In this document: positions 49,993 to 58,999 of the stretch, in pieces
Layout: every line of letters begins with the position of its first letter
Numbering within the stretch: the first letter of the stretch is position 1
Source: a bacterium
Lineage (GTDB): Bacteria > Electryoneota > B3-LCP
Length of the DNA: 58,999 bases
Assembly: GCA_018812585.1 (NCBI GenBank)
Contig: JAHJDJ010000372.1
Span: 1-58,999 of the forward strand
Direction: 5' to 3'
Translations under genes and position numbers: made by a program
Notes under the pieces: generated by a model
What the model was told of the DNA's origin: nothing
The model's database searches: none
The model's input: the letters and a program-made list of their open reading frames with translations, nothing else

Positions 49993-51342
49993 CTATAAGT
50001 CTTCGTCAGGCACAAGTATGACAGTCGTGCGATTTTTAGGTGTAAAGTATTTCTTGGCAACTTCGACGAGCTTTTCTGACGTTACCTCGCGCAGGTGCTT
50101 AACTTCATCGATCATATTGCGCCAATCGCCGGTGATAGTCTGATAGTATCCCAGATTGTATCCCTTATACATATTGGTCTGCATTCCGAGGATAAAATCA
50201 GCTTCAGCCTGGTTAATGACTTTCTTCAGTTCTTCTTCTGTTGGAGGATTATCTGCTAAACCTTCGATCAGACCGAACAACGCTTCCTCACCGGCGGCAA
50301 GGGCATGTCCGATGTTCATGCCGCAATAGGCGTAGAAAAGACTGGGATCCTGTGAAGCATCTGCGGATCCTCCTGCATAAAGCGCAATCTGATCTTCATA
50401 CACCATTTTCCGGTAGATACGTGAGCTTTCTCCAGCGGATAATATGCTCGAAGCAACTTGCAGGGCTGGCATATCTTCATGCGAGATGTCAGGGATATGG
50501 TAGCCAGCTAACAGCATCGGAAGTTGTGCTTTGCGATGAACATAGGCCCGCCTTTCACCGCGCTGCAACGGTTCAACGGTTTGGACTTCGCGCGGGGGTT
50601 CCTGCGCGGGCATCTTACCGTAATATTTTTCAATTAACGCTACTGCTTCTTTGGTTTTGAAATCACCCACCAGGACGACGGTTGCGTTGTTCGGCGCATA
50701 ATGAATGCGATGATACTCCTGACAATCTTCCAGCGTAATCGCTTCAATATCCGACATCCAGCCAACCACACTCCATTGGTAGGGATGCGCCATGAAAGCG
50801 TTCGCCTTCAACTGTTCAAACATGTCACCAAAAACCTGATTGTCTGTGCGCACCCGGCGCTCTTCCTTGACCACCTCGCGCTCTGACGCCAAATTATCCT
50901 CCGTAATCGCCAGATTAGCCTGTCTCTCAGCCTCCAAAGCGATGACCAGCTCCAGTTTATCCGCAGCGATATTTTCGAAATAGACCGTCATGTCTTCTGA
51001 AGTGAAGGCGTTCAACCGCCCTCCCTGAGCTTTCACGATATTGGCATGTTCTTCGGGTCCATACTTTTTGGATCCCTTGAACATCATGTGTTCAAACAGG
51101 TGGGAAATCCCGGTAATCCCCGGTCTCTCATTGATTGAGCCGACGTGGAACCAAATCTGATAACTGATGACCGGCGCAGAATGATCTTCCCAGGTCAAAA
51201 TCCGCAGTCCGTTATCCAGGTAATGCTCTTGAATGTCTTTGCTTGCAGTATTCAAGTAATCCTCTAACTCCAACTCCTTTCCTGTCGTTATAATCGACAG
51301 TATCAGAGTCAGTAGAAGAGCTGCAACGAGTAGTTTCTTCAT
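49993..51342 (-). CDS. Peptidase M16 (pitrilysin/insulinase family) zinc protease, catalytic-type subunit, secreted
   Basis: Signal peptide; inverted zinc motif HLFEHM (HxxEH) and downstream E of the zinc-binding region. Confidence 0.8.
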   Translation of the reverse strand: MKKLLVAALLLTLILSIITTGKELELEDYLNTASKDIQEHYLDNGLRILTWEDHSAPVISYQIWFHVGSINERPGITGISHLFEHMMFKGSKKYGPEEHANIVKAQGGRLNAFTSEDMTVYFENIAADKLELVIALEAERQANLAITEDNLASEREVVKEERRVRTDNQVFGDMFEQLKANAFMAHPYQWSVVGWMSDIEAITLEDCQEYHRIHYAPNNATVVLVGDFKTKEAVALIEKYYGKMPAQEPPREVQTVEPLQRGERRAYVHRKAQLPMLLAGYHIPDISHEDMPALQVASSILSAGESSRIYRKMVYEDQIALYAGGSADASQDPSLFYAYCGMNIGHALAAGEEALFGLIEGLADNPPTEEELKKVINQAEADFILGMQTNMYKGYNLGYYQTITGDWRNMIDEVKHLREVTSEKLVEVAKKYFTPKNRTTVILVPDEDL

Positions 51343-51376
51343 CTGTTCCCTTTCAGCAGTTCCTGTGTTTAGAGTT

Positions 51377-52582
51377 CTATTTCATTAATTCAGCAATCTG
51401 TAAGTTCAGGATGTCCACGATGTCAGGCCTATAGCCTACATGCTTGTAACGAACCGTTCCAGCGCCATCGACGATGAAAAGCGTGGGGATTCCCGCCACG
51501 TCATAATCCCGCGACGTGTTATCATTGAACAGCACCTCAAACGTGTAACCGTTTTCTTCAATGAAGGGATGAACCTTTTCCTGATCACGGTCTGTTGAAA
51601 TAGCCAGCATGATCACACCCTGTTCGTTCCATCTATCAAGTTCAGCCTGTAATAGCGGCAGTTCCCTCTTGCAGGGGCCGCACCAGGTCGCCCAAAAGTC
51701 CACCAGGACAATCTTCCCGCTGAAATCGTTAAGGCTGACCATTTTACCATCAAGAGACTTCAGTTTGAATGCTGGCGCAGCATATTCCAGTATATTCTGG
51801 ATGTATAGCGCGTATTCCTCAGCTTTCAATTCCTGCAGCTTCTCATCAACATAGCTGTCGAAATCAGCGTTCTTTCCCATAGATTTAAGAAAGGCTTTCT
51901 CGATAAGACTGTTGATCTCCTCGTTATCAGTCTCACCAGAATAATACCGAGCTTTACAGACCCAATCCAAAGTCTTGTCCGCCTTATCAAGTTGCCAGTA
52001 GGCTTGAGCCACATGCAGGAAAAGTTCATAATCAGGATCGATCATCAGATCTTTTGCCTGCAGGAAGATATCCAATGCCTTCTTGGGTTCCTTCATTTGC
52101 AGCAGGGTATACCCTTGAGTATCGAGGTAGTAAGCCAGACGGTACTCATTGCGCTCCTTCCAGGCTTTTTCCGAACGATCCTCTGGAGGAGGCTGTATAA
52201 CGGCTAATTTCTGCGCCGCTATCGCAGCAACGGTATAATTGTAAGCCTTTTCCAGAGCGGTATCTGCCGCGGCCAAAGCCCATGCGATGGTATTCATCGG
52301 GCTGGCCGGAGGAGGTTTCAATTCACTCAGCAGATCGCCTAATTTGACCAGATCCTCGAGCATATTATTGCGTGCTAAGAGCCTGGAAAAATCAGCAGCG
52401 GCGTCTGGAAAAGACGAATCGCTTTTAGCGTCAGAGAAATACTGCCAGTAAAGCTCAGCCGCGACGAGATCATTTCTTTCGTCCTGGGCTGCCTTGAGGA
52501 GCGGATGAACGTCAGCATAACTATGCGAGTATATCAGCGATATTAGTCCCACAAGACATGTGTGCAGTATTCGTTTGTACAT
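51377..52582 (-). CDS. TlpA/ResA-like thiol:disulfide oxidoreductase with N-terminal helical (TPR-like) domain
   Basis: Signal peptide; C-terminal thioredoxin fold with LVDFWATWCGPCKRELP (CxxC). Confidence 0.75.
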   Translation of the reverse strand: MYKRILHTCLVGLISLIYSHSYADVHPLLKAAQDERNDLVAAELYWQYFSDAKSDSSFPDAAADFSRLLARNNMLEDLVKLGDLLSELKPPPASPMNTIAWALAAADTALEKAYNYTVAAIAAQKLAVIQPPPEDRSEKAWKERNEYRLAYYLDTQGYTLLQMKEPKKALDIFLQAKDLMIDPDYELFLHVAQAYWQLDKADKTLDWVCKARYYSGETDNEEINSLIEKAFLKSMGKNADFDSYVDEKLQELKAEEYALYIQNILEYAAPAFKLKSLDGKMVSLNDFSGKIVLVDFWATWCGPCKRELPLLQAELDRWNEQGVIMLAISTDRDQEKVHPFIEENGYTFEVLFNDNTSRDYDVAGIPTLFIVDGAGTVRYKHVGYRPDIVDILNLQIAELMK

Positions 52583-52599
52583 GGCTCTATCCCTTATTC

Positions 52600-55029
52600 T
52601 TATTCTGCATCGATGCTATATGGCATCAACATGAGTGGTTCACCGTCGTAGAGTTCCATCATCAGCGAGAGCGGTTGCAGGGCTTCCACGATTTCAGCAG
52701 GCAGACCCGGACTGGCGATTTGCACTAGTTCGTTCTGCGCCGTCTGGAAGAAGTTTTTATGCTTGGGAAATATCGACAATTTCATAGTAGATCCAGGTTC
52801 GACTCCAATCATGGATCGAGTAACTTCAAATGCCAGATCGATACCGCCCAGCAAGTCGACGAGTTGATTGTCTACCGCTTGTTTCCCAGTCCAAACCCGT
52901 CCTTCACCAACCTCATTGACCTGTTCTTTTGTCAAGGGACGTGACTCAGCAACTCTGGTGATGAAATCGTCGTATATAGCTTCCACAGCATCCTGGAGTA
53001 TGCCCATCTCTTCTTCTGTGAAAGGACGATGCATCCGCCAGGCATCAGCATGTTCGCCGCGTTTAATGGTTTCGGTATTGTGATGGATCTTCTGATTCAG
53101 TCCCTGAAGATTAATTTTGCCTCCGAGCACGCCAATCGAACCGGTGATGGTGCCCTCTTCTGCGATGATCGTGTCTGCAGCACAGGCGATATAATAGCCG
53201 CCTGAACCAGCCACATTCCCCATCGACACAATGATTGGTTTACGGTTTTTGTCATCGATCACCGTCCTGCGGACTTCACGATAGATCACTTCAGATGCAA
53301 AGGCAGAACCCCCCGGGGAATTGACACGCAGAATGATGGCGTCGATCGATTTATCTTCTCTGGCGGTTTTGATGGCCTCAGCGATAGTAGCCGCCCCCAT
53401 CACATCACCGCTGAAAAAGCCGGAACTGCTTTCACCCTGGACTATGGCGCCTTCAGCGTAAATTAAAGCTACTTTGGGGATGCGCACATCCGGCCATTCT
53501 TCATCGTATTCGTCCATTCTCCAGTACTTCTTCTCACTCTGAATGGCAAAGCCATCATCTTTCAATCCGTCGGTGATTTCATCGTAATAAACCAGATCAT
53601 CAACCAACTCTGCCTTCAGAGCACGAGTGGAAAAGTATGGACCTGCGTCAATTTTGGTTTTCAAGTCATCGATTTCCCAGCCTCTACTGAACGCGATATT
53701 ACCGCACATCTGATCGTAAACATCGTCCAAAAGCCAATTCATCATTTCCGCTTCGGCTTCTGTGGTGCCTTCGTAGATAAATGAGTTCGCTGCCGTCTTG
53801 TGATCCGCGACTTTGACGACTTGAACACCGATACCCAATTTATCCAACGCCCCTTTCCAATACCCTAAAACAACACCAAGACCTCGAAGGTCAACACCAC
53901 CGATGTGCATGAGGTAAACGTCGTCACACACAGATGCGATATAATATTCGAGCTGGCTGTAATCTTCAGCATAAGCGATTAAATGCTTTCCACTCAGTTT
54001 GAATTCATCCAACGTCCGACGAATCTGCTGAGCTTGCGCTAATCCCATCTCAGCGCCCTCGAACCTGATAATCAGGCCATCGACATCGGGGTCATCACTG
54101 TAATGGATTATCTGCTGACGAAGCTGATGCAGCGTCCTTCCCTCCGGCCGGAAAATAAGATACTGAGGCATCGTTTCCAAGATCGGCTCATCCAGCACAA
54201 TTTCTACATATTTCTTCTTATCAGGAGTCAGGATGCTATTGAATCGGTCAGAAGTCAAGTGCATATAGCCGATGCTTCCGGCATGTTCATTATCGTCGTT
54301 CTGGATGCGGTAATTACCCAGGCTCAAATTATCCAGATGCAGCGCCAGGCCAAAACCTAAATATTGACTGTCAACGCGATATTCGCCTAAGAGACGAACA
54401 CCAGCCAGGGGTAATGCTTCCAGGCGGATGATGGGATCTAAATCATCCCCGTAATCATGAAATTCATCTTTAGTGAAGAATAGATCACCCGATACCGTCA
54501 AGCGTTCATCAAAGGGCCGCAATGCCAGGGACAACCCATATGTCGGCTCCAGGCTCACACCGTTGACTTCTGGCTGATTCAGATCAAACACCGTAGCGCC
54601 GGCGCTTAGAAACGGCAGCGGCCGGTATCCCAGTCCTAAATTCCAGCTGCCGTCCCAATCAACGGCCTTGTACCAACTGCGGCTGATGCCGAAGTAAAAT
54701 CCTGCGCCGAGTTTACTGCCGCTAGCCAAGGTATATCGGTTATAAGGAAATGGACCGTTATTATCGAATTCACCGGCGAAACCCAACGATCCAAGCTTGA
54801 CCATGAGTATCGAATTATCACTGGAACTCGAATCGTTATAAGGAATACCAAACAACAGCTCTGCCCCACTCCTGCTGCCTAACCAGGCTGGATTGCTTAA
54901 TGTGGAAAATACATTATCTGTTACAGCCATCGATGTGGTTGGCAAGGTTATTCCTGAATGAAGTCCTTGAGCATGAGCCAGACCTGCTAACAGGAAAGCG
55001 GTACACAGTAAAAAACTGACCTTCTTCAT
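52600..55029 (-). CDS. sppA: Signal peptide peptidase SppA (S49, tandem-domain 67K type) with an about 270-aa N-terminal beta-rich extension
   Basis: Two S49 domains; catalytic-serine region NSPGGSAFASEVI and an earlier GGYYIA region; N-terminal region with alternating hydrophobic/aromatic pattern. Confidence 0.75.
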   Translation of the reverse strand: MKKVSFLLCTAFLLAGLAHAQGLHSGITLPTTSMAVTDNVFSTLSNPAWLGSRSGAELLFGIPYNDSSSSDNSILMVKLGSLGFAGEFDNNGPFPYNRYTLASGSKLGAGFYFGISRSWYKAVDWDGSWNLGLGYRPLPFLSAGATVFDLNQPEVNGVSLEPTYGLSLALRPFDERLTVSGDLFFTKDEFHDYGDDLDPIIRLEALPLAGVRLLGEYRVDSQYLGFGLALHLDNLSLGNYRIQNDDNEHAGSIGYMHLTSDRFNSILTPDKKKYVEIVLDEPILETMPQYLIFRPEGRTLHQLRQQIIHYSDDPDVDGLIIRFEGAEMGLAQAQQIRRTLDEFKLSGKHLIAYAEDYSQLEYYIASVCDDVYLMHIGGVDLRGLGVVLGYWKGALDKLGIGVQVVKVADHKTAANSFIYEGTTEAEAEMMNWLLDDVYDQMCGNIAFSRGWEIDDLKTKIDAGPYFSTRALKAELVDDLVYYDEITDGLKDDGFAIQSEKKYWRMDEYDEEWPDVRIPKVALIYAEGAIVQGESSSGFFSGDVMGAATIAEAIKTAREDKSIDAIILRVNSPGGSAFASEVIYREVRRTVIDDKNRKPIIVSMGNVAGSGGYYIACAADTIIAEEGTITGSIGVLGGKINLQGLNQKIHHNTETIKRGEHADAWRMHRPFTEEEMGILQDAVEAIYDDFITRVAESRPLTKEQVNEVGEGRVWTGKQAVDNQLVDLLGGIDLAFEVTRSMIGVEPGSTMKLSIFPKHKNFFQTAQNELVQIASPGLPAEIVEALQPLSLMMELYDGEPLMLMPYSIDAE

Positions 55030-55051
55030 TATTATCCTCGTTCTAAAATTC

Positions 55052-55945
55052 TTAGTATAACTTCTCTCTCTTTTTAAGATATTCCATCAAAGCAAGATCA
55101 TAGTTCTGTGTGGTGTCAAACAGAGTATAATCCGCATTCTGTTCGCGGCATCCCGCCTTGATAGCGTCAAGATACTCCTGCATAACCTTTTTATAAGCCG
55201 CCTGCAGGTGCCACGGCTGTGATATCATCTTTTCATCGGTTTCCATATCCCGGAAGCGTGCGTCCCGCTTGAAGGCGAAGGTACGCTCCAGTGGATCTAA
55301 TATCTGCATGACGATCACCTCGTGACCATCATATCTGAAATGCTTGATGCCAGATAATATCTCGTCCGGTTCGTCCAGCAGATCTGAAATCAGTATCACC
55401 AGCCCGCGCCGCTTCATTCGGTCGGCAACATTATGCAGGGTCTCTGCAATGCGGGTTTTTCCCGAAGGTTTTAGGGATTGCAGTTCCTTTAAGATCAGAT
55501 TCAGGTAGCTGCGCACGGATCGTGGCGGCAACACTTTCTGCGGTTTTTCATCGAACAGAACTAATCCGGCAGCGTCACGCTGTTCAATCATCAGATAGGC
55601 TAACGCTGCACTCAGAGCCACTCCGTACTGCAGTTTTGTGATCGACTGTGAACTGAAGGCCATCGATGCCGAGCAATCCAGCAGTATGTAGCTTTTTAGA
55701 TTGGTCTCTTCCTGAAACCGTTTGATGACATAGCGGTCGGTGCGCGCCCATACTTTCCAGTCGATGTGCTTGATGGGATCGCCGGGCATATAAGCGCGAT
55801 GCTCTGCAAATTCGACAGAGAACCCGTGATATGGGCTTTTATGCAGTCCCGTGATAAAACCTTCAACGACACGCCTGGCCAGCAACTGAAGATTACTGAT
55901 GCGCGCTAACGATTGAGGGGATAAGATGTCTGTATTAGCAGTCAC
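55052..55945 (-). CDS. DUF58 domain protein (VWA-like, MoxR-associated)
   Basis: HGFSVEFAEHRAYMPGDPIKHIDWKVWARTDRYVIKRFQEE is the DUF58 signature. Confidence 0.8.
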   Translation of the reverse strand: MTANTDILSPQSLARISNLQLLARRVVEGFITGLHKSPYHGFSVEFAEHRAYMPGDPIKHIDWKVWARTDRYVIKRFQEETNLKSYILLDCSASMAFSSQSITKLQYGVALSAALAYLMIEQRDAAGLVLFDEKPQKVLPPRSVRSYLNLILKELQSLKPSGKTRIAETLHNVADRMKRRGLVILISDLLDEPDEILSGIKHFRYDGHEVIVMQILDPLERTFAFKRDARFRDMETDEKMISQPWHLQAAYKKVMQEYLDAIKAGCREQNADYTLFDTTQNYDLALMEYLKKREKLY

Positions 55946-55957
55946 TTTATATTAAAG

Positions 55958-56935
55958 TTATGATTGAACTAATTTATTGATAACGTCGGCAGAGCCGATC
56001 CCTTCAGCCTCAGCATTAAAGCTCAATACCAACCTGTGTCGCAGTACCGGATGCGCCGCGAATTTGACGTCTTCCACGTCGGGTGTGGGGCGGCCATTGA
56101 GTGCTGCGCGAGCTTTCGCTCCCAGGATTAAATACTGCCCTGCACGCGGCCCCGCCCCCCAGCGAATCCATTCCTTGATGAAACTGGGAGCGCTTGCCTC
56201 TCCAGGCCTGGTCTTACGCACCAGCTCAACGGCATAGTCGACGACATGATCCGAAACCGGTATACGGCGCACCAATGTCTGCAGTTCAAGGATTTCCTGG
56301 CGGTTTAACACCGGCTTGATTGTAACAGCTTCAGCAGAAGTCGTCGTCTTTACGATGCGCTTCTCTTCCTCGTCGGAAGGGTAATTCACCCAGAGGGAAA
56401 ACATGAAGCGGTCTAACTGCGCCTCCGGCAGTGGGTAAGTGCCTTCCTGTTCAATGGGATTCTGAGTGGCTAATACGAAGAAAGGCGGTTCCAGAGAATG
56501 TGTCGTGCCTCCCGCCGACACCTGCCTTTCCTGCATGGATTGCAGAAGCGCCGCCTGGGTCTTGGGAGGTGTACGGTTAATCTCATCGGCAAGAACGATA
56601 TTAGCGAAGACCGGCCCTTGTATGAACTTGAACTCCTTCTTCCCGGTAGATCGGTCTTCCTGGATAATTTCAGTCCCGGTAATATCAGACGGCATCAAAT
56701 CAGGGGTAAACTGGATGCGCGAAAACTTCAAATCCAGGCATTCAGCTAACGTGCTGATCATCAGTGTTTTCGCCAGACCCGGCACGCCAATCAGCAGACA
56801 ATGCCCTCTTGATAAAAGGCTGACCAGAAGCCCCTCAACGATCTCCTTCTGACCAATGATAACTTTTCCCAGCTCTTCCTCGATTTTCCCGCGAGCCGAC
56901 TGCAATTTTTCCAGAGTTTCCACATCCTGTGACAT
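55958..56935 (-). CDS. MoxR-family AAA+ ATPase
   Basis: Walker A GVPGLAKT; Walker B LADEINR; sensor motifs; ATG at 56935 with a GAAGAGG SD-like upstream (the track's TTG at 56968 is 11 codons earlier). Confidence 0.85.
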   Translation of the reverse strand: MSQDVETLEKLQSARGKIEEELGKVIIGQKEIVEGLLVSLLSRGHCLLIGVPGLAKTLMISTLAECLDLKFSRIQFTPDLMPSDITGTEIIQEDRSTGKKEFKFIQGPVFANIVLADEINRTPPKTQAALLQSMQERQVSAGGTTHSLEPPFFVLATQNPIEQEGTYPLPEAQLDRFMFSLWVNYPSDEEEKRIVKTTTSAEAVTIKPVLNRQEILELQTLVRRIPVSDHVVDYAVELVRKTRPGEASAPSFIKEWIRWGAGPRAGQYLILGAKARAALNGRPTPDVEDVKFAAHPVLRHRLVLSFNAEAEGIGSADVINKLVQS

Positions 56936-57081
56936 TACAACCTCTTCAAATCCAGTGTGAGTTGTCAAGTTTAATCTTTAAATAGTTTAATGTAGCAAAT
57001 GTTCCACACATTGTCAACGAATTCTCTTGCGTTCTAATAAAAAAGGTTTTAGATTGTTGCCTTCTGTAACGTATAGCATCC

Positions 57082-58113
57082 ATGAACGCAATAAAACCGT
57101 TAAAAGAATATAATCAGGAAGAGCTGCAGGAGTTGGTCAAATCCTGGGGGGAAAAGCCCTTCCACGGCAAGCAGATCTTCGCTGCACTCTTCCGCCGCGG
57201 CATCAAGTCCATTGATGAAATGACCGATCTGTCACTGAACCTGCGCGGTTTATTAGCAGACTACTTCCCCTTGGATCTGCTTGAACCTGTAGAACTGCAG
57301 CGTGCAACTGATAAAGCCGCCAAGGTTCTCTTCCGGCTGCGCGACGGTGAATTTATCGAATCTGTCTGGATGCCGGAAGTCAGTCATGCGGTTCAATGTC
57401 TTTCGACACAGGTCGGCTGTCCGTTGGATTGTTCCTTCTGTGCGACCGGAAAAATGGGGTTTGTACGCAACCTTACCAGAGGCGAAATCGTCGACCAGAT
57501 CCTCGTTTTCAGGCGGGAGCATAACGATCCGCCCCTGCGCAATGTCGTCTTCATGGGGATGGGGGAACCATTATTGAACTACGACAACCTGGTGCAGGCC
57601 ATCAGAATATTATCGCACAGCAACGGTTTGGCGTTATCCCAGAGACGCATGACCGTATCGACCGCAGGGATCGTTCCCGGCATCGAAAAGCTGGCTGATG
57701 AGGGCCTGCATGTCAAGCTGGCCGTCTCGTTGAATGCTCCAACTGACGACCTGCGCGATAAACTGATGCCCATCAATAAAAAGTACCCCATTGCCGATAT
57801 AATCGCGGCAGCGATACGCTTTCAGAAGAAGAACGGCTTTCGGGTCACCTTTGAATACGCCTTAATGCCCGGCGTTAATGACACACCCGAAATGATCAGG
57901 AAGCTCAAATCCTGGGTCATCCAGGTGCCAAGTAAGCTGAATCTGATTCCCATTAATCCAATTGGCGAACAGGGGCCTTCAAATGCCAACTGGGATGAGA
58001 TCTTCGACCGTTTTTACCATGTCTTTCAAAAAGAGAAGGTCACGTTGACCATGAGGCGCAGCCGCGGAGCGGAAATTCAGGCTGCTTGTGGACAACTGGC
58101 GGGGAAAAAGTAG
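57082..58113 (+). CDS. rlmN: 23S rRNA (adenine2503-C2)/tRNA methyltransferase RlmN (radical SAM)
   Basis: Cluster motif CPLDCSFCATG; RlmN-type C-terminal Cys region. Confidence 0.9.
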   Translation: MNAIKPLKEYNQEELQELVKSWGEKPFHGKQIFAALFRRGIKSIDEMTDLSLNLRGLLADYFPLDLLEPVELQRATDKAAKVLFRLRDGEFIESVWMPEVSHAVQCLSTQVGCPLDCSFCATGKMGFVRNLTRGEIVDQILVFRREHNDPPLRNVVFMGMGEPLLNYDNLVQAIRILSHSNGLALSQRRMTVSTAGIVPGIEKLADEGLHVKLAVSLNAPTDDLRDKLMPINKKYPIADIIAAAIRFQKKNGFRVTFEYALMPGVNDTPEMIRKLKSWVIQVPSKLNLIPINPIGEQGPSNANWDEIFDRFYHVFQKEKVTLTMRRSRGAEIQAACGQLAGKK

Positions 58114-58122
58114 GAGTTACAA

Positions 58123-58999
58123 TTGGAAGATAAAGATCTTGGAAAATTAGGATACGATGAATGGGTTCAGGATATTAAAACTGAGTACGTCGAAGACGAC
58201 TTTGCAACAGCAAGAGTAATTGAAGTCAACAAAGACAGCTATAAAGTATCCGATGGCAGGCATGATATGTTAGCAGAACTGTCTGGCAAATTCTTGTTCG
58301 ATGCAGAGGGCACTACTGATTTTCCTACAGTTGGCGATTGGGTTGCAATACAAGCTCTAGACAATAACACACTTGCAATCGTCCATTCTGTTTTGCCGCG
58401 CAAAACTTTATTAAAACGCAAAGAATCCGGTAAGCGAATAGATTTTCAGTTGATTGCCTCTAATATTGATTTCGGATTGGTTTTGCAATCTGCAGAGCAT
58501 TTAAATTTCAATTTGCTGGACAGGTATTTCGTTATGCTGCATGAAAGCAGAATACAACCTATAGCTGTTATCAGTAAAATTGATCTATTATCTGCATCAG
58601 AACTTGCAGAACTTAAAAGCAATCTAGCAAAGCTAAGAAATCAATATCTGCTTATCAGTAATATTTCTGATGGTGGTGTAACAGAATTATCTAATAGACT
58701 GATACCAGGCAAAACATATTGTTTATTAGGACCATCTGGAGCCGGAAAGACGTCATTGCTTAATAATTTGCTTCGCACAAAAGTGTTCAAGGTCAATGAA
58801 GTGCGGGAAAAGGATGGAAAAGGCAGACATACCACAGTCAGACGTCAACTGATATGTCTTGATTCCGGCAGTATTTTCATTGACACGCCGGGGATGAGAG
58901 AACTTGGGAATTTCGATATTGAAGATGGTCTGGATCAGACATTCGATGAGTTTTCATCCTTAGCGCCTCATTGTCGTTTCAGAGATTGTACGCATACTA
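58123..58999 (+). CDS. rsgA: Small ribosomal subunit biogenesis GTPase RsgA (YjeQ), 3'-truncated by window edge
   Basis: AGGAG SD 6 nt upstream of the TTG at 58123; OB-fold N-terminus; circularly permuted GTPase motifs (ISKIDL, LLGPSGAGKTSLLN, DTPG); start of the zinc knuckle CRFRDCTH at the very end; ORF open to the window edge. Confidence 0.85.
   Translation, partial: MEDKDLGKLGYDEWVQDIKTEYVEDDFATARVIEVNKDSYKVSDGRHDMLAELSGKFLFDAEGTTDFPTVGDWVAIQALDNNTLAIVHSVLPRKTLLKRKESGKRIDFQLIASNIDFGLVLQSAEHLNFNLLDRYFVMLHESRIQPIAVISKIDLLSASELAELKSNLAKLRNQYLLISNISDGGVTELSNRLIPGKTYCLLGPSGAGKTSLLNNLLRTKVFKVNEVREKDGKGRHTTVRRQLICLDSGSIFIDTPGMRELGNFDIEDGLDQTFDEFSSLAPHCRFRDCTHT

Noticed and set aside
51377-52582. 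Looked for an in-frame TGA (selenocysteine) in the TlpA-like CxxC protein and in the CoADR-like gene because selA is present
   Set aside because: Both redox motifs are encoded with cysteine codons (WCGPC; SSANC), and no ORFs interrupted by an in-frame TGA were seen. There is no evidence of a selenoprotein in this window.

Overview
This 59 kb window reads as bacterial chromosome from an uncultured FCB-group-like organism (inferred, not proven). About 50 densely packed genes, no rRNA, tRNA, CRISPR array or obvious transposon. The recurring theme is Bacteroidota-style type IX secretion: five proteins end in the same ~80-aa T9SS C-terminal sorting domain (motif NYPNPFNP...YxYRL...KKMxLxK). These are a truncated gene at 1..118, a 1378-aa M23+M14 fusion peptidase, an S8 subtilase and two tandem ~800-aa paralogues. 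A PorX-type regulator (receiver domain plus PglZ phosphatase-like domain) lies in an operon with tsaE-tsaB-cdaA. Housekeeping genes include lon, engB, mltG, pcrA/uvrD, nadC, rluB, selA, rlmN and rsgA. There is an envelope-protease neighbourhood (paired M16 peptidases, TlpA-like oxidoreductase, SppA, MoxR+DUF58) and a stomatin/NfeD operon. The most unusual content: (i) two tandem bacterial-microcompartment BMC-H shell-protein genes with no enzymes or pentamer nearby, one with a Rho-N/SAP-like C-terminal tail, possibly co-transcribed with a small membrane protein and the tandem T9SS paralogues; (ii) a sensor kinase plus CheY operon leading into a glycogen-type cluster (two GH57 enzymes, a GalT/ADP-glucose-phosphorylase-like HIT enzyme, an MTH1187-family protein and a CoA-disulfide-reductase-like flavoprotein); (iii) a TatD–radical-SAM fusion protein; (iv) a HAD-IIB phosphatase homologue with its catalytic aspartates replaced; (v) a 250-bp structured non-coding region with strong hairpins and a duplicated 16-mer, plus an AT-rich convergent intergenic region ending in a minus-strand terminator; (vi) an abrupt drop in GC content at the terminal rsgA gene.
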